A program made the position numbers and the translations under genes. The notes under the pieces were generated by a model. It made no database searches. It saw only the letters and a program-made list of their open reading frames with translations, and was not told where the DNA came from. Below are positions 1 to 11,575 of a stretch of 64,000 nucleotides of DNA, piece after piece. Origin of the DNA: Felis catus (lineage: Eukaryota); the NCBI RefSeq assembly GCF_018350175.1, contig NC_058368.1, positions 193,690,001 to 193,754,000 on the forward strand, in the 5' to 3' direction. Each line of letters opens with the position of its first letter. Position 1 is the stretch's first letter.

Positions 1-369
1 TAATCTTAACATCCCTACATCAGTAGCTATTTCAAGAAAAAGCAATTCCCATCTGTTATAGAAACATATTTGGTGACAGCACACATCTTCTTACCCTAGT
101 ACCATCCCATTGCAATGCAACGGTGAAAACAGCATGATTTTCTTCGTTAATTCTGGAAAGCTCTATCTAAGCCAAAACATGTGAAGGGACTCAACGCCTT
201 CTTGTTTGTAATCTGCAAAAGTAGGGCTGTTAACCTTTGTCTCTCCTTTTGAGTTCACCGGAATGGTCAGATGTATGTAACAATCAAATCTTTTAGTTTT
301 ATGTGCTTTTCTCAGAATATAATAGACATCTGTTATTTTTCTGCTGAGCAAATTTTTCCTTTAGGGAAA

Positions 370-1388
370 TAGTCCACCCCCACCTGGTGGAATTGTCATT
401 CACGTGGTCCTGCTTGCCTGGGACTGGGATGGGCTTGTAGGGGCCAATGGCAGGCTGCCCCAAGACGGGCCATTTTGGCATGAAGAATATTTTGAATTAC
501 AAAGCAATCACAACCCTGTACATTCAAGAAAAACTCTTTACCTTTCCCCTCAACTGCCTAAAAAGAATTTAGATAGAGGATCTGCTCCCGGAAGAGAACT
601 ATCACCATAGATCACTATGTTAAGAAATGAACTAGGTATAGTAGACAGGGAGAACACTAGTAAGACCTATGTGATCAAGTTCTCTTTGTCCCATTGTTTC
701 TGAGGGGCCCAGTGAACATTTGTTTACCAAACATTTACTCTTTTTTATCTTCCTGTGAATTGCATTTCTTCTCTTTGAAGTCTTAGATTCCTACCTGCCC
801 TTCCCCTTAGTTCTGGACGTCATGTATTCCTCATTTTTGCCTGACTGTCCTTGGAATTGCACGTCTGTGTGGATTACCCATATGTACAAAATTAAATTTG
901 ATTTTCTCCTGTTAATATGTCTCGTGTCAATTTGATTCTGAGTCTGGCTAGAAGGACCTTGAAGGGGAGTGGAAATTCTTCCTCTTCAGCAGGCTTGTGA
1001 CCCAGGCTGGCCAATCAGTGTGCCTTACCTGCCTGGATGCTGAGATTGTTTCAGGGGCAGGCATGTAACCATAGATGTGACAGAGTTTTTCCCTAGACTT
1101 CTCCATTGAGAAGAGTGCCTTTCTTTCCTTTCTTGAAGATTTCGAGGTATAAGGATAGTTTAAGCCTGGGATTGCTGAGAGCCTTTGTTGTCATGTGAAA
1201 TGATTCTGCATGAAAATTAAGCCAAAAAAGAAGACAAAAATAGATTCAAGAAGGAGGGAGAAGAGATGCAAAACCTTAAACCCTTGAATTGAGCCATATT
1301 TGAAGCTAGGATCCAATCTGGCATTTCAATCGTGCAAGCTTAAGCAAAAGGAGAGTTTCTGTCACTTATAACCAAGAGTCCTAATACA
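370..1388 (+). mobile_element. Old MaLR LTR (MLT1-like), split by the MER34-like LTR
   Basis: 'tgtgacccaggctggccaatcag' core and 3' end 'ttctgtcacttataaccaagagtcctaataca' resemble MLT1 consensus; start approximate. Confidence 0.65.
436..991 (+). mobile_element. Solo LTR, ERV1 class (MER34/MER39-like)
   Basis: TGTAG...CAGCA termini with 4-bp TSD GGCT (432-435 / 992-995); 3' part 'attaaatttgattttctcctgttaat...gtcaatttgatt' is typical of MER34-family LTRs; it interrupts an older MaLR LTR. Confidence 0.8.
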
Positions 1389-2524
1389 TGGACCCCTAGA
1401 ACCTGAGAATTAGTAGGAATTGTAATGATCTAATCTCCCACTTGGTAAGTAATGCCATCTATCACACTTTGTTGGTTAGCCAGGTTCTGTCTCTGTTCCC
1501 ATTCCTCTAGTAGACAGGAGGTTTGCTATCGCACTTGGCAGTTCATTCCACCGTGGGCCAACTATAATTTCCAGACAGTTTATTTTTTCCTAGTATCAAA
1601 CAAGTTGTCTTCTTAAACCTCCTTTTCACTAAACTTATTGACGTTCTCTGGAGCTTCACAGAAAAGTCAACTTGCTTCTTAAAATAATTGAGAACAGTTA
1701 TCTTGTCTCATTTCTTTCAAACATTCCTTCAACTTTATTTGAAAGTTAACAGACTGCTCTACTCTTCACCCTGCCCACATCATGGTTCATAAATATCTAA
1801 GTGCAAGGACCCCTAAGACTTCCATTTAGCTATCTCAGAAGCTACCTGGGAAAGTCAAAGAGGCTGTTTTTCATCCCCCATCTCCTTTAGCTGTATTTTG
1901 TTTATGTTTCTACACACTGCTTCACTTGAAAAAAAAATGATTGAATAGTCATTTCACATGCTGTTTTTCAGCCTTCTTAAACTATTCTTTAATGCCAGAA
2001 ATAAGCAGAATATGAAAAAAAATATCTCTGAATGAGGATTGATTTGCTAAAGGTTCATTTAGGTTATTCTTGGTCATGATGCAGGGGGTTATGCTTTTAG
2101 GGAGGAAGCCTGGAATGGCTTCTATTTCTGGGAAGCTCAGAAACTACTGAAACTCTTGGATCTTTTGTATAAACAGCTACGATGCCTGAATATTTATGTG
2201 TTTCCAATTAAAATACTGATACTAATGATGAAAGGGAGAAATGGATTAATCTTTGGATTTGAGGGTTTTAAGTACATTTTTGGGCTAACATCAATATACT
2301 TATTTAAAATTAAATTACAATGTTTTTCTCAAAAAATTCACAAATATAACCCCTATAATAAGAAGCCAATTCAGAGACGCCTAAGGAAAGAACTTAATAA
2401 ACTGCCTCATTGCCTCTGCTTCTACTTTCTTGAGGGAATCAATATGAACTTTCTGGTTTGTATACTCCCACACCATTTTATAAACTCATAAATATGTACA
2501 CATATGTCAATTTACTTTTGCATC

Positions 2525-2736
2525 TTTTTTTAAATCATTTTTGTTTATTTATTTTGAGAGAGAGAGTGTGAGCAGGAGAGGGGCAGAGAGAGAGGGAGAG
2601 ATAGAGAATCCCAAGCAGGCTCCTCACTGTCAGTGCAGAGCCTGATGCCGGATGTGTTCCCACGAACTGTGAGATCATAACCTGAGCTGAAATCAAGAAT
2701 CAGACACCTAACCCACTGAGCCACCCGGGGAACCCC
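2525..2736 (-). mobile_element. Carnivore SINE (SINEC)
   Basis: Reverse-complement tRNA-like head, (GA)n tract and T-rich tail. Confidence 0.9.
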
Positions 2737-2746
2737 ATGTGAGTAG

Positions 2747-2981
2747 TTTTTTTTTTTTTAATAAAAAAATTTTTTTAATGTTTATTTTTGAGGGGGTGCG
2801 GGGGAGACAGTGCGCAAGTGGGGGAGGGGCAGAGAGAAAGATGGAGACACAGAATCCCAAGCAGGCTACAGGCTCTGAACTGTCAGCACAGAGCCTGACA
2901 CGGGGCTCAAACTCACAAACTGTGAGATCATGACCTGAGCCAGAGTCGGACGTTCAACTGACTGAGCCCCCCAGGTGCCCC
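2747..2981 (-). mobile_element. Carnivore SINE (felid SINEC_Fc-like)
   Basis: 'ccaggtgcccc' head, 'acagaatcccaagcaggct' core, poly-T tail; tandem to previous SINE. Confidence 0.92.
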
Positions 2982-3894
2982 CTGAGTATCTTTTAAAAAT
3001 ATATTTATTTGTGGATTGAACAAATGCTTATAGAGTATTTATCATGCATCAAGCACAGTTCTAAGCATTGGGGTTACAGAGTGAGTAAAACAAAACCCCA
3101 GTCGTCATGGGGCTTATATTCTAATGATGGAGAGAGATACTACACAATATAACTGGGTAAAATCCATGGTATTATTAGATAGTGAAACACATTAAAGAAA
3201 AAAGTAAGTAGGAAAGAGGGATTAGAAGCATTAAAGGGTTGTATTTTACTCACTGTAATCAGTCAGAGCTTTAATACGAACAATTAGTTGTATTGGGGGA
3301 AAGGGAAGATTAAATACCAAATCCCTGGGGTAGGAGTGTCCTTGTGTGTTCAAGGAGTAGCTGAGGGCCTAGGTCTTTGGGGGTAGAGTGACTGAGGGAC
3401 AGAGTAAAAGGGGATGAGGTGAGAGCAGTGGTAGGGATCAGTTCCTGTAGGGCCTTAAAGGTTTTACTAAGGACTTTGAATTTTACTCTGAAAGAAACTG
3501 GTTTTGATCCAGGGAATAACATTCTGATTTACCTTTAACAGGATCACCTCGGCTGCTGGGCTGAGAATAGACTGAAGTACAAGGAGGGAGCCCAGTTGGA
3601 AGACCATTGGAGTAATCTAGGAGAAAAATGATAGAGCAAGATGGAGGAAGTGAGTGTAGCATGAATGGAGTATATGGATGGAATTTTGGATATATTTTCA
3701 AGGTTGAGTCCCCAGATTTGCTGAGGGACAAAATATAGGGTGTAACCCAAAAGGCAGAGCCAGGGATGATAGCGAGGCTATTATCGTAAAAACTGGAAGA
3801 AGAGTTACCATAAACTCAGATGAGACAGACTGTGAAATGAATAGGCATTTTCAAGAGAGAGAGATCAGAAGTTAAATTTTGAGGCATGGTTAAG

Positions 3895-4974
3895 TGCCGG
3901 AGACCAGCTCCAGCAACCAGGGTTTCCCGAAGGAAGAATGGTGTCAGTGAAAATAAAACAAAACTAAAATAGAAACCTAGAAAATAAAAAACTAAAATAA
4001 AAAACTAAAACTAAAAAAACTAAAATAAAAGCAAAAAATAAAAATGGACACAGACAACAGCAGTGTGTTGAACTGGCCGATTTATTGTAGTAAACGTGGC
4101 ATTATATATGCTAGTGATTTCCTTGTAGCATACGTCATCTATGTTTTTCTAACATTACCTAATTTTGAAAATGTTCCTATGTATAAAAAACCTTTAAGAA
4201 ATAGCATGGTGATTTTCCCCTAACTTTCCCGCATACCCTTTGATTATAGATTAATTTCTTACATTATTCCATTATACATCTGCATTTATCTATAATCTAC
4301 AAAGCATTTGCTTTGCTCTTCTTGTGAAAGGCCCTCCATTTCTCAACACCTCAAGTGGAACAGTTACAGGGACATGACCTCCTAACCACATGAGGCCGGA
4401 AGAACAATGTGTTTGCCTTGGTCCGAGGTGCCAGGAAGGGGCCGAAAAAGCCTTAGAAACCCATGCCTCATGCATTCTCAGAGAGACAATGCACCTAGGA
4501 ACTAATGAACCATTCTGTACCTTAACCGACTAGATTCAGTCATCATCTGGAATGCCTCCGGGGGGACCAGGCGGGTCTAGGGGTTGAAGTCATCTGTGCC
4601 CAGAGATACAATCCTTAGTTGCCGGAGTGGGGCTTTCAAATCCATATGTCTCTCCTTTACAGGCCCTCTTTGCTGGCAAACGTATGAGGCTATCCTTCCT
4701 GTAAGTAGAGGAGTCTCCATAGGGGATAGCAAGGGCTAAATGTAGGACTGCACAATTTCTTGTGCAACCTTATTTTCTTTCCTCATGGTTCTTTTCTCAG
4801 GGGGCCTGTCACGGGCAATTCCCCAACAGACAATACCCCAGGTACTTTAATAAGGCCAAATGACCTAAAAGCGGGAGGACGAGAAGCTTCACTGTCGGTA
4901 GGCTGCCCTGCAGTCACCAATCCGTCCACAGCCCGGGCCCTGCCACTCAGTCTGGGATAGCTCAGCTTCCAGCA
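3895..4974 (-). mobile_element. Solo LTR of a betaretrovirus-like (ERVK class, MMTV-like architecture) endogenous retrovirus
   Basis: TG...CA ends with terminal inverted repeat TGCTGGA/TGCCGGA; perfect 6-bp TSD GTTAAG (3889-3894 / 4975-4980); minus-strand TATATAA (4108-4102) followed 15 nt later by AATAAA (4086-4081); U5 ends '...gctggtctccggca'. Confidence 0.88.
4081..4415 (-). promoter_or_regulatory. LTR promoter/enhancer and poly(A) signal
   Basis: TATA 4102-4108, AATAAA 4081-4086, CRE-like TGACGTA (4131-4137), tandem kB-like GGGAAAGTTA / GGGGAAAATC (4211-4230), HRE-like AGAACAatgTGTTTG (4401-4415). Motifs seen; activity unknown. Confidence 0.55.
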
Positions 4975-5581
4975 GTTAAGTTTGAGACGCTAATTGGACA
5001 TTACTTTAAGAGCTGTGCAACATGTCATAATGTAATTAACCATTCCTTTGTTGCTGAAAATCAGATGGTTATCAAACTTTTGCACGTATAAAAATCACTG
5101 CAATTTTTCCAAGGTTAGATTCTTGTTGGCCCTTTCTCAGTAAATGTCACCTGATCAGAGGGCCCTTTCTTGATCACCCACTTTAAAGTGATAAGTAGAT
5201 ACATTGCTCCATTTAGAGACTCTACATAACATTGATATGTATACCTGATATTTTCCCATACATATTTATCATCTATCTCGGTCCCTTATGAATGTACACT
5301 TTGTAAGACCATGGCACTACTCTGTCTTTCATTATTGGCACAGAGTAGGTACTCACTTATTGAAAGAATAAACACTATGTATGTATGAAGATCCTCACAT
5401 AGTGATGCTTTTGTTTTTAGAGGATAGATTTCCTAAAAGTGGCATTTCTGTGTCAAGCTGTATTTTTAATCATACTGATATGGCCAGATTAATTGTCTAG
5501 AAGATTATAGCAATCCCTTCTTCTACCAACAGTGTATGAAAGCAGTCATTTCCTTGCACCAGTTGAAGCACTGGGTGATTT

Positions 5582-5790
5582 AAAAAAAAATTTTAACGTT
5601 TATTCATTTTTTGATAGAGACAGTGTGAGTGGGGGAGGGGCAGAGAGAGAGGGAGACACAGAATCCGAAGCAGGCTCCAGGCTCTGAGCTGTCAGCACAG
5701 AACCTGACACGGGGCTTGGATTCACGGACTCATGAGATTATGACCTGAGCTGAAGTCGGACACTTAACCTACTGAGCCACCCAGGCGCCC
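5582..5790 (-). mobile_element. Felid SINEC
   Basis: Full SINE body; TSD TGAAGC(A/C)CTGGGTGATTT (5564-5581 / 5791-5808). Confidence 0.95.
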
Positions 5791-5985
5791 TGAAGCCCTG
5801 GGTGATTTTATTCTTTTATGTTTTGCTTCAGCATTGCTTTCCCATTTTTCAATCCTCTGCTTCTAATGACTCCTAGTAGCTTAAGCATTCACATATAGTG
5901 AATGAACTCCTATATAAGGCAGCAAACAATTTCTCTAAATCCCCTTGAAATTGTCTTAAAAACTGTATTCACTTTTAACTTCTAG

Positions 5986-5999
5986 GATCGTTTGGTGAT
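5986..5999 (+). other. Candidate 14-nt microexon
   Basis: acttttaacttctag|GATCGTTTGGTGAT|gtgagt; open frame S-F-G-D joins 12509 exon in frame. Confidence 0.25.
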
Positions 6000-6834
6000 G
6001 TGAGTATAGACGGTTTATCAAGGATAGATTTAACTCTTCAGCCCCTTTCTCTGTAACTTGAGAGGGAACTTGCTTGTTTCTCTTTAACTTGCTTGGGAAC
6101 TTGAAATCACTAAGAGAAAAAGGCCTTTCTCATTAATATACTAATGGTTTTTTAAAAAGAGAGATTTATTGGAAGAAGTTCTGTAAATCCATATTTTAAA
6201 ACGCATGCATGTTGGATCATTCTAGGAGAAGAATGTGAATAATGGTATAATTAGTGTAATAAATGTTGGGTCCATGTTGAAAATAATTTATTTCTGCATA
6301 AAATCTATGAGGCTGTGAAACCTTCCAGCTGAAACAGATTATTTACATCTCCATTCAGGAGAGGTAGACATTGATTCCCACTCCCCTCAAATGGTCTTTT
6401 CAAGATCTCTATCCACATCACTCATTTGTGAGGAAGCTTTTCTTTGTTCCTTGACTGCCATTTGCCCTTCATTGTTTGGTTTGAATGTGATGTTTTCATC
6501 CAGCTGTGATGTTTTCTTCCCTTCCTAGGAGTCAAAATATATTGAAAATAAGAATATAGGAAGTCTGAGACTTTGAGTTCAGAGGTCTTTCCTGCTCTGA
6601 ACCTGCTATATGTGATGTTAAGCAACTCCACAACCTCATCGTTACAATTTTTCCAGCATGAATATACTGGGTGCAGGAATATCTGTCAGCTAGACAGGTA
6701 GACTTGCAATGTTAAAGTCACAGTACCCCCAAATCCCACCATCTGGCCAAAAATGTTATGTAAAAATCTCACTGCTGGCAATTTAGGTCAGCAACAGCAT
6801 TTGTTGAGCTCCTAAAAGCAGACACTGCATAAGG

Positions 6835-7133
6835 TGTGCCCCCAATCTCTCATCTACAATTCCAAATCCCCAAATCTCTGAAGTCAGCAAGACCTGATCT
6901 GAACTTAACTGGTGGTTCACCTGACCTGAAATAACTTGAGGCTCCTTATAGTCTTTATCCCACTTAAATAGTTAATAGTTATCTGTAAAGATATTAATGT
7001 GCAGTATGAAGTACTGATCAGATCCCAATGGAGGTGATAAGTAATACAAGGTTTTGTAGTGTATTACTTGTCAAAATCCAAAATAACTGGAATTCTGCAG
7101 CCTATGAGTTTGGGTGAAAGCTTGTGGACCTGT
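6835..7133. mobile_element. TcMar-Tigger DNA transposon fossil (MER46C-like)
   Basis: 'acctgacctgaaat...gaggct...atagtctttatcccactt' and terminal 'tgtggacctgta' match remembered MER46C consensus. Confidence 0.65.
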
Positions 7134-7248
7134 AGGTAAATCTATTTGAATATTGACTGCATAAACAATGACAATATCTCATAGATATAAAAATATAGAG
7201 ACAATTAAATTATCTAAAGGCAGTATTATATCAGTAATGAAGGAGGTA

Positions 7249-7379
7249 GGGGCACCTGAGGCTCTGTCAATTAAGTGTCTGACTCTAGATCTCGGCTCAG
7301 GTCACGATTTTGCAGTTCGTGAGTTCAAGCCTGGCATCAGGCTCTGTATAGATGATGTGGAGCCTGCTTGGGATTCCTC

Positions 7380-7432
<53 letters not shown>

Positions 7433-7468
7433 ATAAAAAGATGAACTTAAAAAAATGATTTTAAAAAA
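7249..7468 (+). mobile_element. Carnivore SINE with (CT)n
   Basis: GGGGCACCTG head; TSD AGTAATGAAGGAGGTA (7233-7248 / 7469-7484). Confidence 0.93.
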
Positions 7469-7489
7469 AGTAATGAAGGAGGTAAATGA

Positions 7490-9360
7490 AACTAAGATTT
7501 GCTGAAGTCTTTTTCTTGACCAGAAGAACAAAAAGCAAGGTAATTTCTATGGAACCACCCAAGAGTAGAAATTGTGTGTGTAAATCTCAACTAACAGAGG
7601 AAAAATTAGATATAAAAAATTCCTTAACAAATTCAAAACAAAGCAAAAGAAACATAGAACAATATATATATATATAAACAATTTATATATATATAAAACA
7701 ATTTATATATATAAACATATATATACACATACATATATATTTATACATACAAATGCATATATATTTGTATAATAAATATATAATATGCATCATATATATA
7801 TCTGAGTAAACAAAAAAACATGTAGGAATATAGTATATACACATACATCTTTGAATAAACAAACAAAAAAAACCCTCCCCCAAATCCCAAGAACTCTTTT
7901 GGGATTTTAAAATGGAATAGACACATTCTACACATAAAGGTATAGAAAGTTTAAAATTAAAAGGAAAAGAAAATATATTGCATGTAAACACTCACCAAAG
8001 GAACGCTAGTGAGGCTATATTAATAACAGAAATAATTGACCTCAAGGCAAAAAGATTTACTAGAGATAAAGTAATTTCACAAAGCTAAAAGATTTAATTC
8101 ATCAGGAACATATAATAATTCTAAATTTCTACACACATAATAACACATTCTGAAAAAATATCAAGCAAAAATATAAATATAAGAAGAATAAATTTATAAA
8201 ACTAAAAGAACAGTTTAAAATACATACCTCTCTGTAACTGATAGAATAATCAAAAGGTCAGTAAAGATCTAGAAAATTTGAACAATATTAAGTAAGCGAA
8301 CCTAGGGGACATAAGTAGACCATTAAGTCAAAAAACTGCAGAACATGTATTATTTTTCAAGCACATGTAGATTATTTATAAAAATTCATCATATATTGAG
8401 TCATAAAGTAAGTTTGGATAAATTCCAAATGTTTGAAATCATATAAAGCATTATTTATGACCCCAAAGCAATTATTCTAATAATAACTCATATATTTGAA
8501 TAATAAGAAATAAACTTTTAATCAGGTTGTTGGTTAAATAAAATATCACAATGAATATTGGAATATATTTTAACCAAACAAGAAGAAAAATACTGCACAT
8601 CAAAAATCACAATAAACAATGATCAGAGGGAAATTCACAGTTCTATGTTTATAAAGTAGAAGTTAAGAAAGCATGAAAGGAATAAGCTAAGTATCTACAT
8701 AATGAAGTTAGAAAAAAGAATAGCAAAACAAGTACAAGGAAAGAGGATAACAGAAATTAATTTAAAAGACTGCAAGTATTCAATAGAATCTACAAATACT
8801 GATTCTTTGAAACACTTAAGTTGATTAACCACCGCTGAGACTGATCAAAAAGACATAAGAATCAAATAACTAGTAATTATGAAGATATAACATCATTTTC
8901 AATCCTGTCAATGTATAAAAAAGTAAGGAGTTAGCAATAAACCATTTTATACCAATAAATTAAAAAAAATAAATCTTTCAAAATTGACCCAGAAGAAAAA
9001 AAGAAAACTGAATAATCTTATACTAATTAAGGTAATAAAATATTTAATTAAAAATCTTTCTACAAGTAAACTCCAAGCTCAAATGGCTTTACTGGAGAAT
9101 TTTTTCAAACATTTTAAGGAAAAAGTAACTTTAATCTTTCATAAATGCTTTGAATGAACAGAGAAAAGGATACACTCCTCAACATATTTTATTAAGTAAA
9201 CAAGGAATTAATGAAGAATAAAAGTTGTAGATCAATTTCACTGAAGTATATATATATATATATCCTCTAAATTAAATACTATCATGATAAATACACACAC
9301 ACACACACACACACGCACACATATAATCATGACCAAGTTTGGTTTATTTCGGTAATGCCA
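7490..9360 (+). mobile_element. Old degraded L1 (ORF2 endonuclease/RT-proximal region)
   Basis: A-rich strand with L1 ORF2 remnants ('gctatattaataacaga...gacctcaaggcaaaaagatttactagagataaag', 'aactccaagctcaaatggctttactggagaatt'); many stops. Confidence 0.8.
7660..7850. repeat. (TA)n/(TACA)n low-complexity tract
   Basis: Direct reading. Confidence 0.9.
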
Positions 9361-10191
9361 TATTACTTATCCTTACACTTGAATAACAAAGTTTAATATG
9401 ATTGTATCATACCATCTCTTATTGACTTTTGTCTTTTCCACCACTTGAGAGAGGAAGGGAAGGCATTATTAATCCCAGTCAATGAGAAAGGAAGGGAGCC
9501 TTAGAAGCATCATGTAACTTACATACTGCTCGTATATAAGCACACTACTAACGTATGACAGGTAAAATTCAAGTCCAACTTTCTTGTTGGCAGGTCTACA
9601 CATGTTCTTGCTATTTCAGAAGCTTCTACTGGTAATTAGATGCTCAGGGCACATTTCTATTAGCTTTTTTTTTTTAACTGTGGAATCATTGAAGAGAAAC
9701 CGAATTCACACATGCATTTCTTCCCTATTCATTTGAGAAAGCTTTAATTAGCTTGAATTGTTTAGCCATAGCTTGTTTGAAGCTGAACTTTCTGCACTTC
9801 AAATTTCTACTCTGCTTCTTAGAGAAGACTTCCTTCCTAGCCTCCTTAGCCTTTGCAGAAAAGCCATAGGTTTACTAAATCCTCTAGAGATATTTTTTCC
9901 CTGAAATCTCTTCTGCCCTCTCACACAAATGCTGGGACCTCATTAACACCTCTGGCAGGAGCTCATTCATTTCTTCCTCTTTAACCACAGGGAACTCAAC
10001 AGTTCCTGGAGCTCCTCCCCAGCTAAATAATAGTACACACTGACCATTGTTACTTTGGCATCTTGATATAATTAGAGATATTGGCATCTCCTGATTGTTC
10101 ACATTCCTCAAGAACAATGTGAGTTAGTGACAGCACAGGGTCCTAGTTTTCCTGCTTTTCTTCACAGAATTAAAGCAATTGAAAGGGACTA

Positions 10192-10705
10192 TTTTTTTTT
10201 ATTATAATTTATTGTCAAATTGGTTTCCATACAACACCCAGTGCCCATCCCAACAGGTGCCCTCCTCAATGCCCATCACCCACTTGCTCCTCTCCCTCAC
10301 TCCCCATAAATCCTCAGTTTGTTCTCAGTATTTAAGAGTCTCTTATGGTTTGCCTCCTTCCCTCTCTGTAACTTTCCCCCCTCTCCTCCCCCTCCCCATG
10401 GTCTTTTGTTAAGTTCCTCAGGATCCACATATGAGTGAAAACATATAGTATCTTTCTCCGCCTCATTTATTTCACTTAGCATAACACTCTCCAGTTCCAT
10501 CCACGTTGCTACAAATGGTCAGATTTCATTCTTTCTCATTGCCAAGGAGTATTCCATTGTATATATGAACCACATCTTTATCCATTCATCAGTTGATGGA
10601 TATTTAGGCTCTTTCCATAATTGGCTATTGTTGAAAGTGCTGTTATAAACATTGGGGTACAAGTGCCTCTATGTATCAGCACTCCTGTATCCCTTGGGTA
10701 AATTC
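10192..10705 (-). mobile_element. 5'-truncated young felid L1 3' end
   Basis: Cat-type L1 3'UTR ('attgtcaaattggtttccatacaacacccagtgc') plus ORF2 C-terminus (ORF 10297-10500 MELESVMLSEI...); TSD TTGAA(A)GGGACT. Confidence 0.92.
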
Positions 10706-11394
10706 TTGAAGGGACTCTTTTAAAGAACTGTCCCTTCTTTTCACAAATGAATAAATAGGTCCAGAAGGAAATAACTGGTCTACAGTGAATTTGTGACTGA
10801 AAAAGTATTTGAAACCAAATATTCTGATTCTTAGATCTATACTCTTTCTGCAGTTCTATGTTGCATGGGTTTATAAGATCAGTTACATCTTGGTGTTTGT
10901 GTTGTTTGGACAGCATGGATTGAATTACAAAAGGAGCATCATTGTAGGCATGTTTAGAGAATGACCTCTAAATTCAGGAATATCTCAGATTGCTAAAATC
11001 CAATGCATCATCAAATGTTAATGATAGAAATATATTTGCAAGAAGATGCAAAAGAATTAAGAATGGGTTGGGAGGAATGGCATTCAGGATTATGTTATTA
11101 TGTTATAAGATGGCTCATACCTTTTAAACTGAATATAGGAATATTATTAGTCATTATGACAAATTGTTTGAAGAATCCTTTGGGGAAAGTGTGCATAGTA
11201 TCTATTATACTAACTTTAGGAAAAACTGGTCACATGGGTTTATCTAGGTAATCTGGTTGGTTGGTGGAAAAGGATCTGAATGTGAAATGATAGGACATAG
11301 ATTGTAATTCTATCTCTAAAGTGATTAGCAGAGATGCTTCTCTTCTCTGAATCTTAGTTTCTCATTGATAAAATGAGGAAAATGGACCAGATTT

Positions 11395-11575
11395 ATAGCT
11401 TCTCAAATTTTAGTGTGCATAAGAATCACCTAGAGGACCTAAAAAATGCAGATTCCAGGAACCCATTCCTAGAGATTCTGATTCATTACTTGGGGTAAGG
11501 TCATAGAGACTACATTGTATCAAACTCCACAAAGGATTCTAATAATGGCATTTCTAGGGTCACATCTGAAGAAAT
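11395..11575. mobile_element. hAT-Charlie MITE (MER5A-like)
   Basis: 'ttctcaaattttagtgtgcataagaatcacctagagg...cagattccagg...cctagagattctgattc'. Confidence 0.8.

Larger units (their letters stand above)
3010..5005 (-). mobile_element. L2 LINE 3' fragment, interrupted by the solo LTR at 3895-4974
   Basis: L2 3'-end motifs ('caagcacagttctaagcattggggttacagagtgag', 'ggatcacctcggctgctgggctgagaatagactg'); the L2 word 'ggttaag|tttgaga' is rejoined when the LTR is removed. Confidence 0.75.

Noticed and set aside
1..272. Protein-looking plus frame (HPYISSYFKKKQFPSVIETYLV...FWKALSKPKHVKGLNAFLFVICK) ending at GAT|gtatgt
   Set aside because: Four or more stops in 90 codons is no better than chance, and it is truncated by the window edge. 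It could belong to the candidate pseudogene but is unsupported.
2156..2491. 111-aa ORF
   Set aside because: Non-ATG start, AT-driven composition, no splice or homology support.
4290..4475. 61-aa ORF in the LTR U3 as a superantigen
   Set aside because: Too short, no transmembrane segment and no recognisable Sag similarity.
7168..7991. ORFs with SLSLSL/ERERER/YIYIYI runs (also at 18452, 22217, 29746, 41741, 56507, 59170, 60623)
   Set aside because: Translations of SINE bodies and microsatellites.
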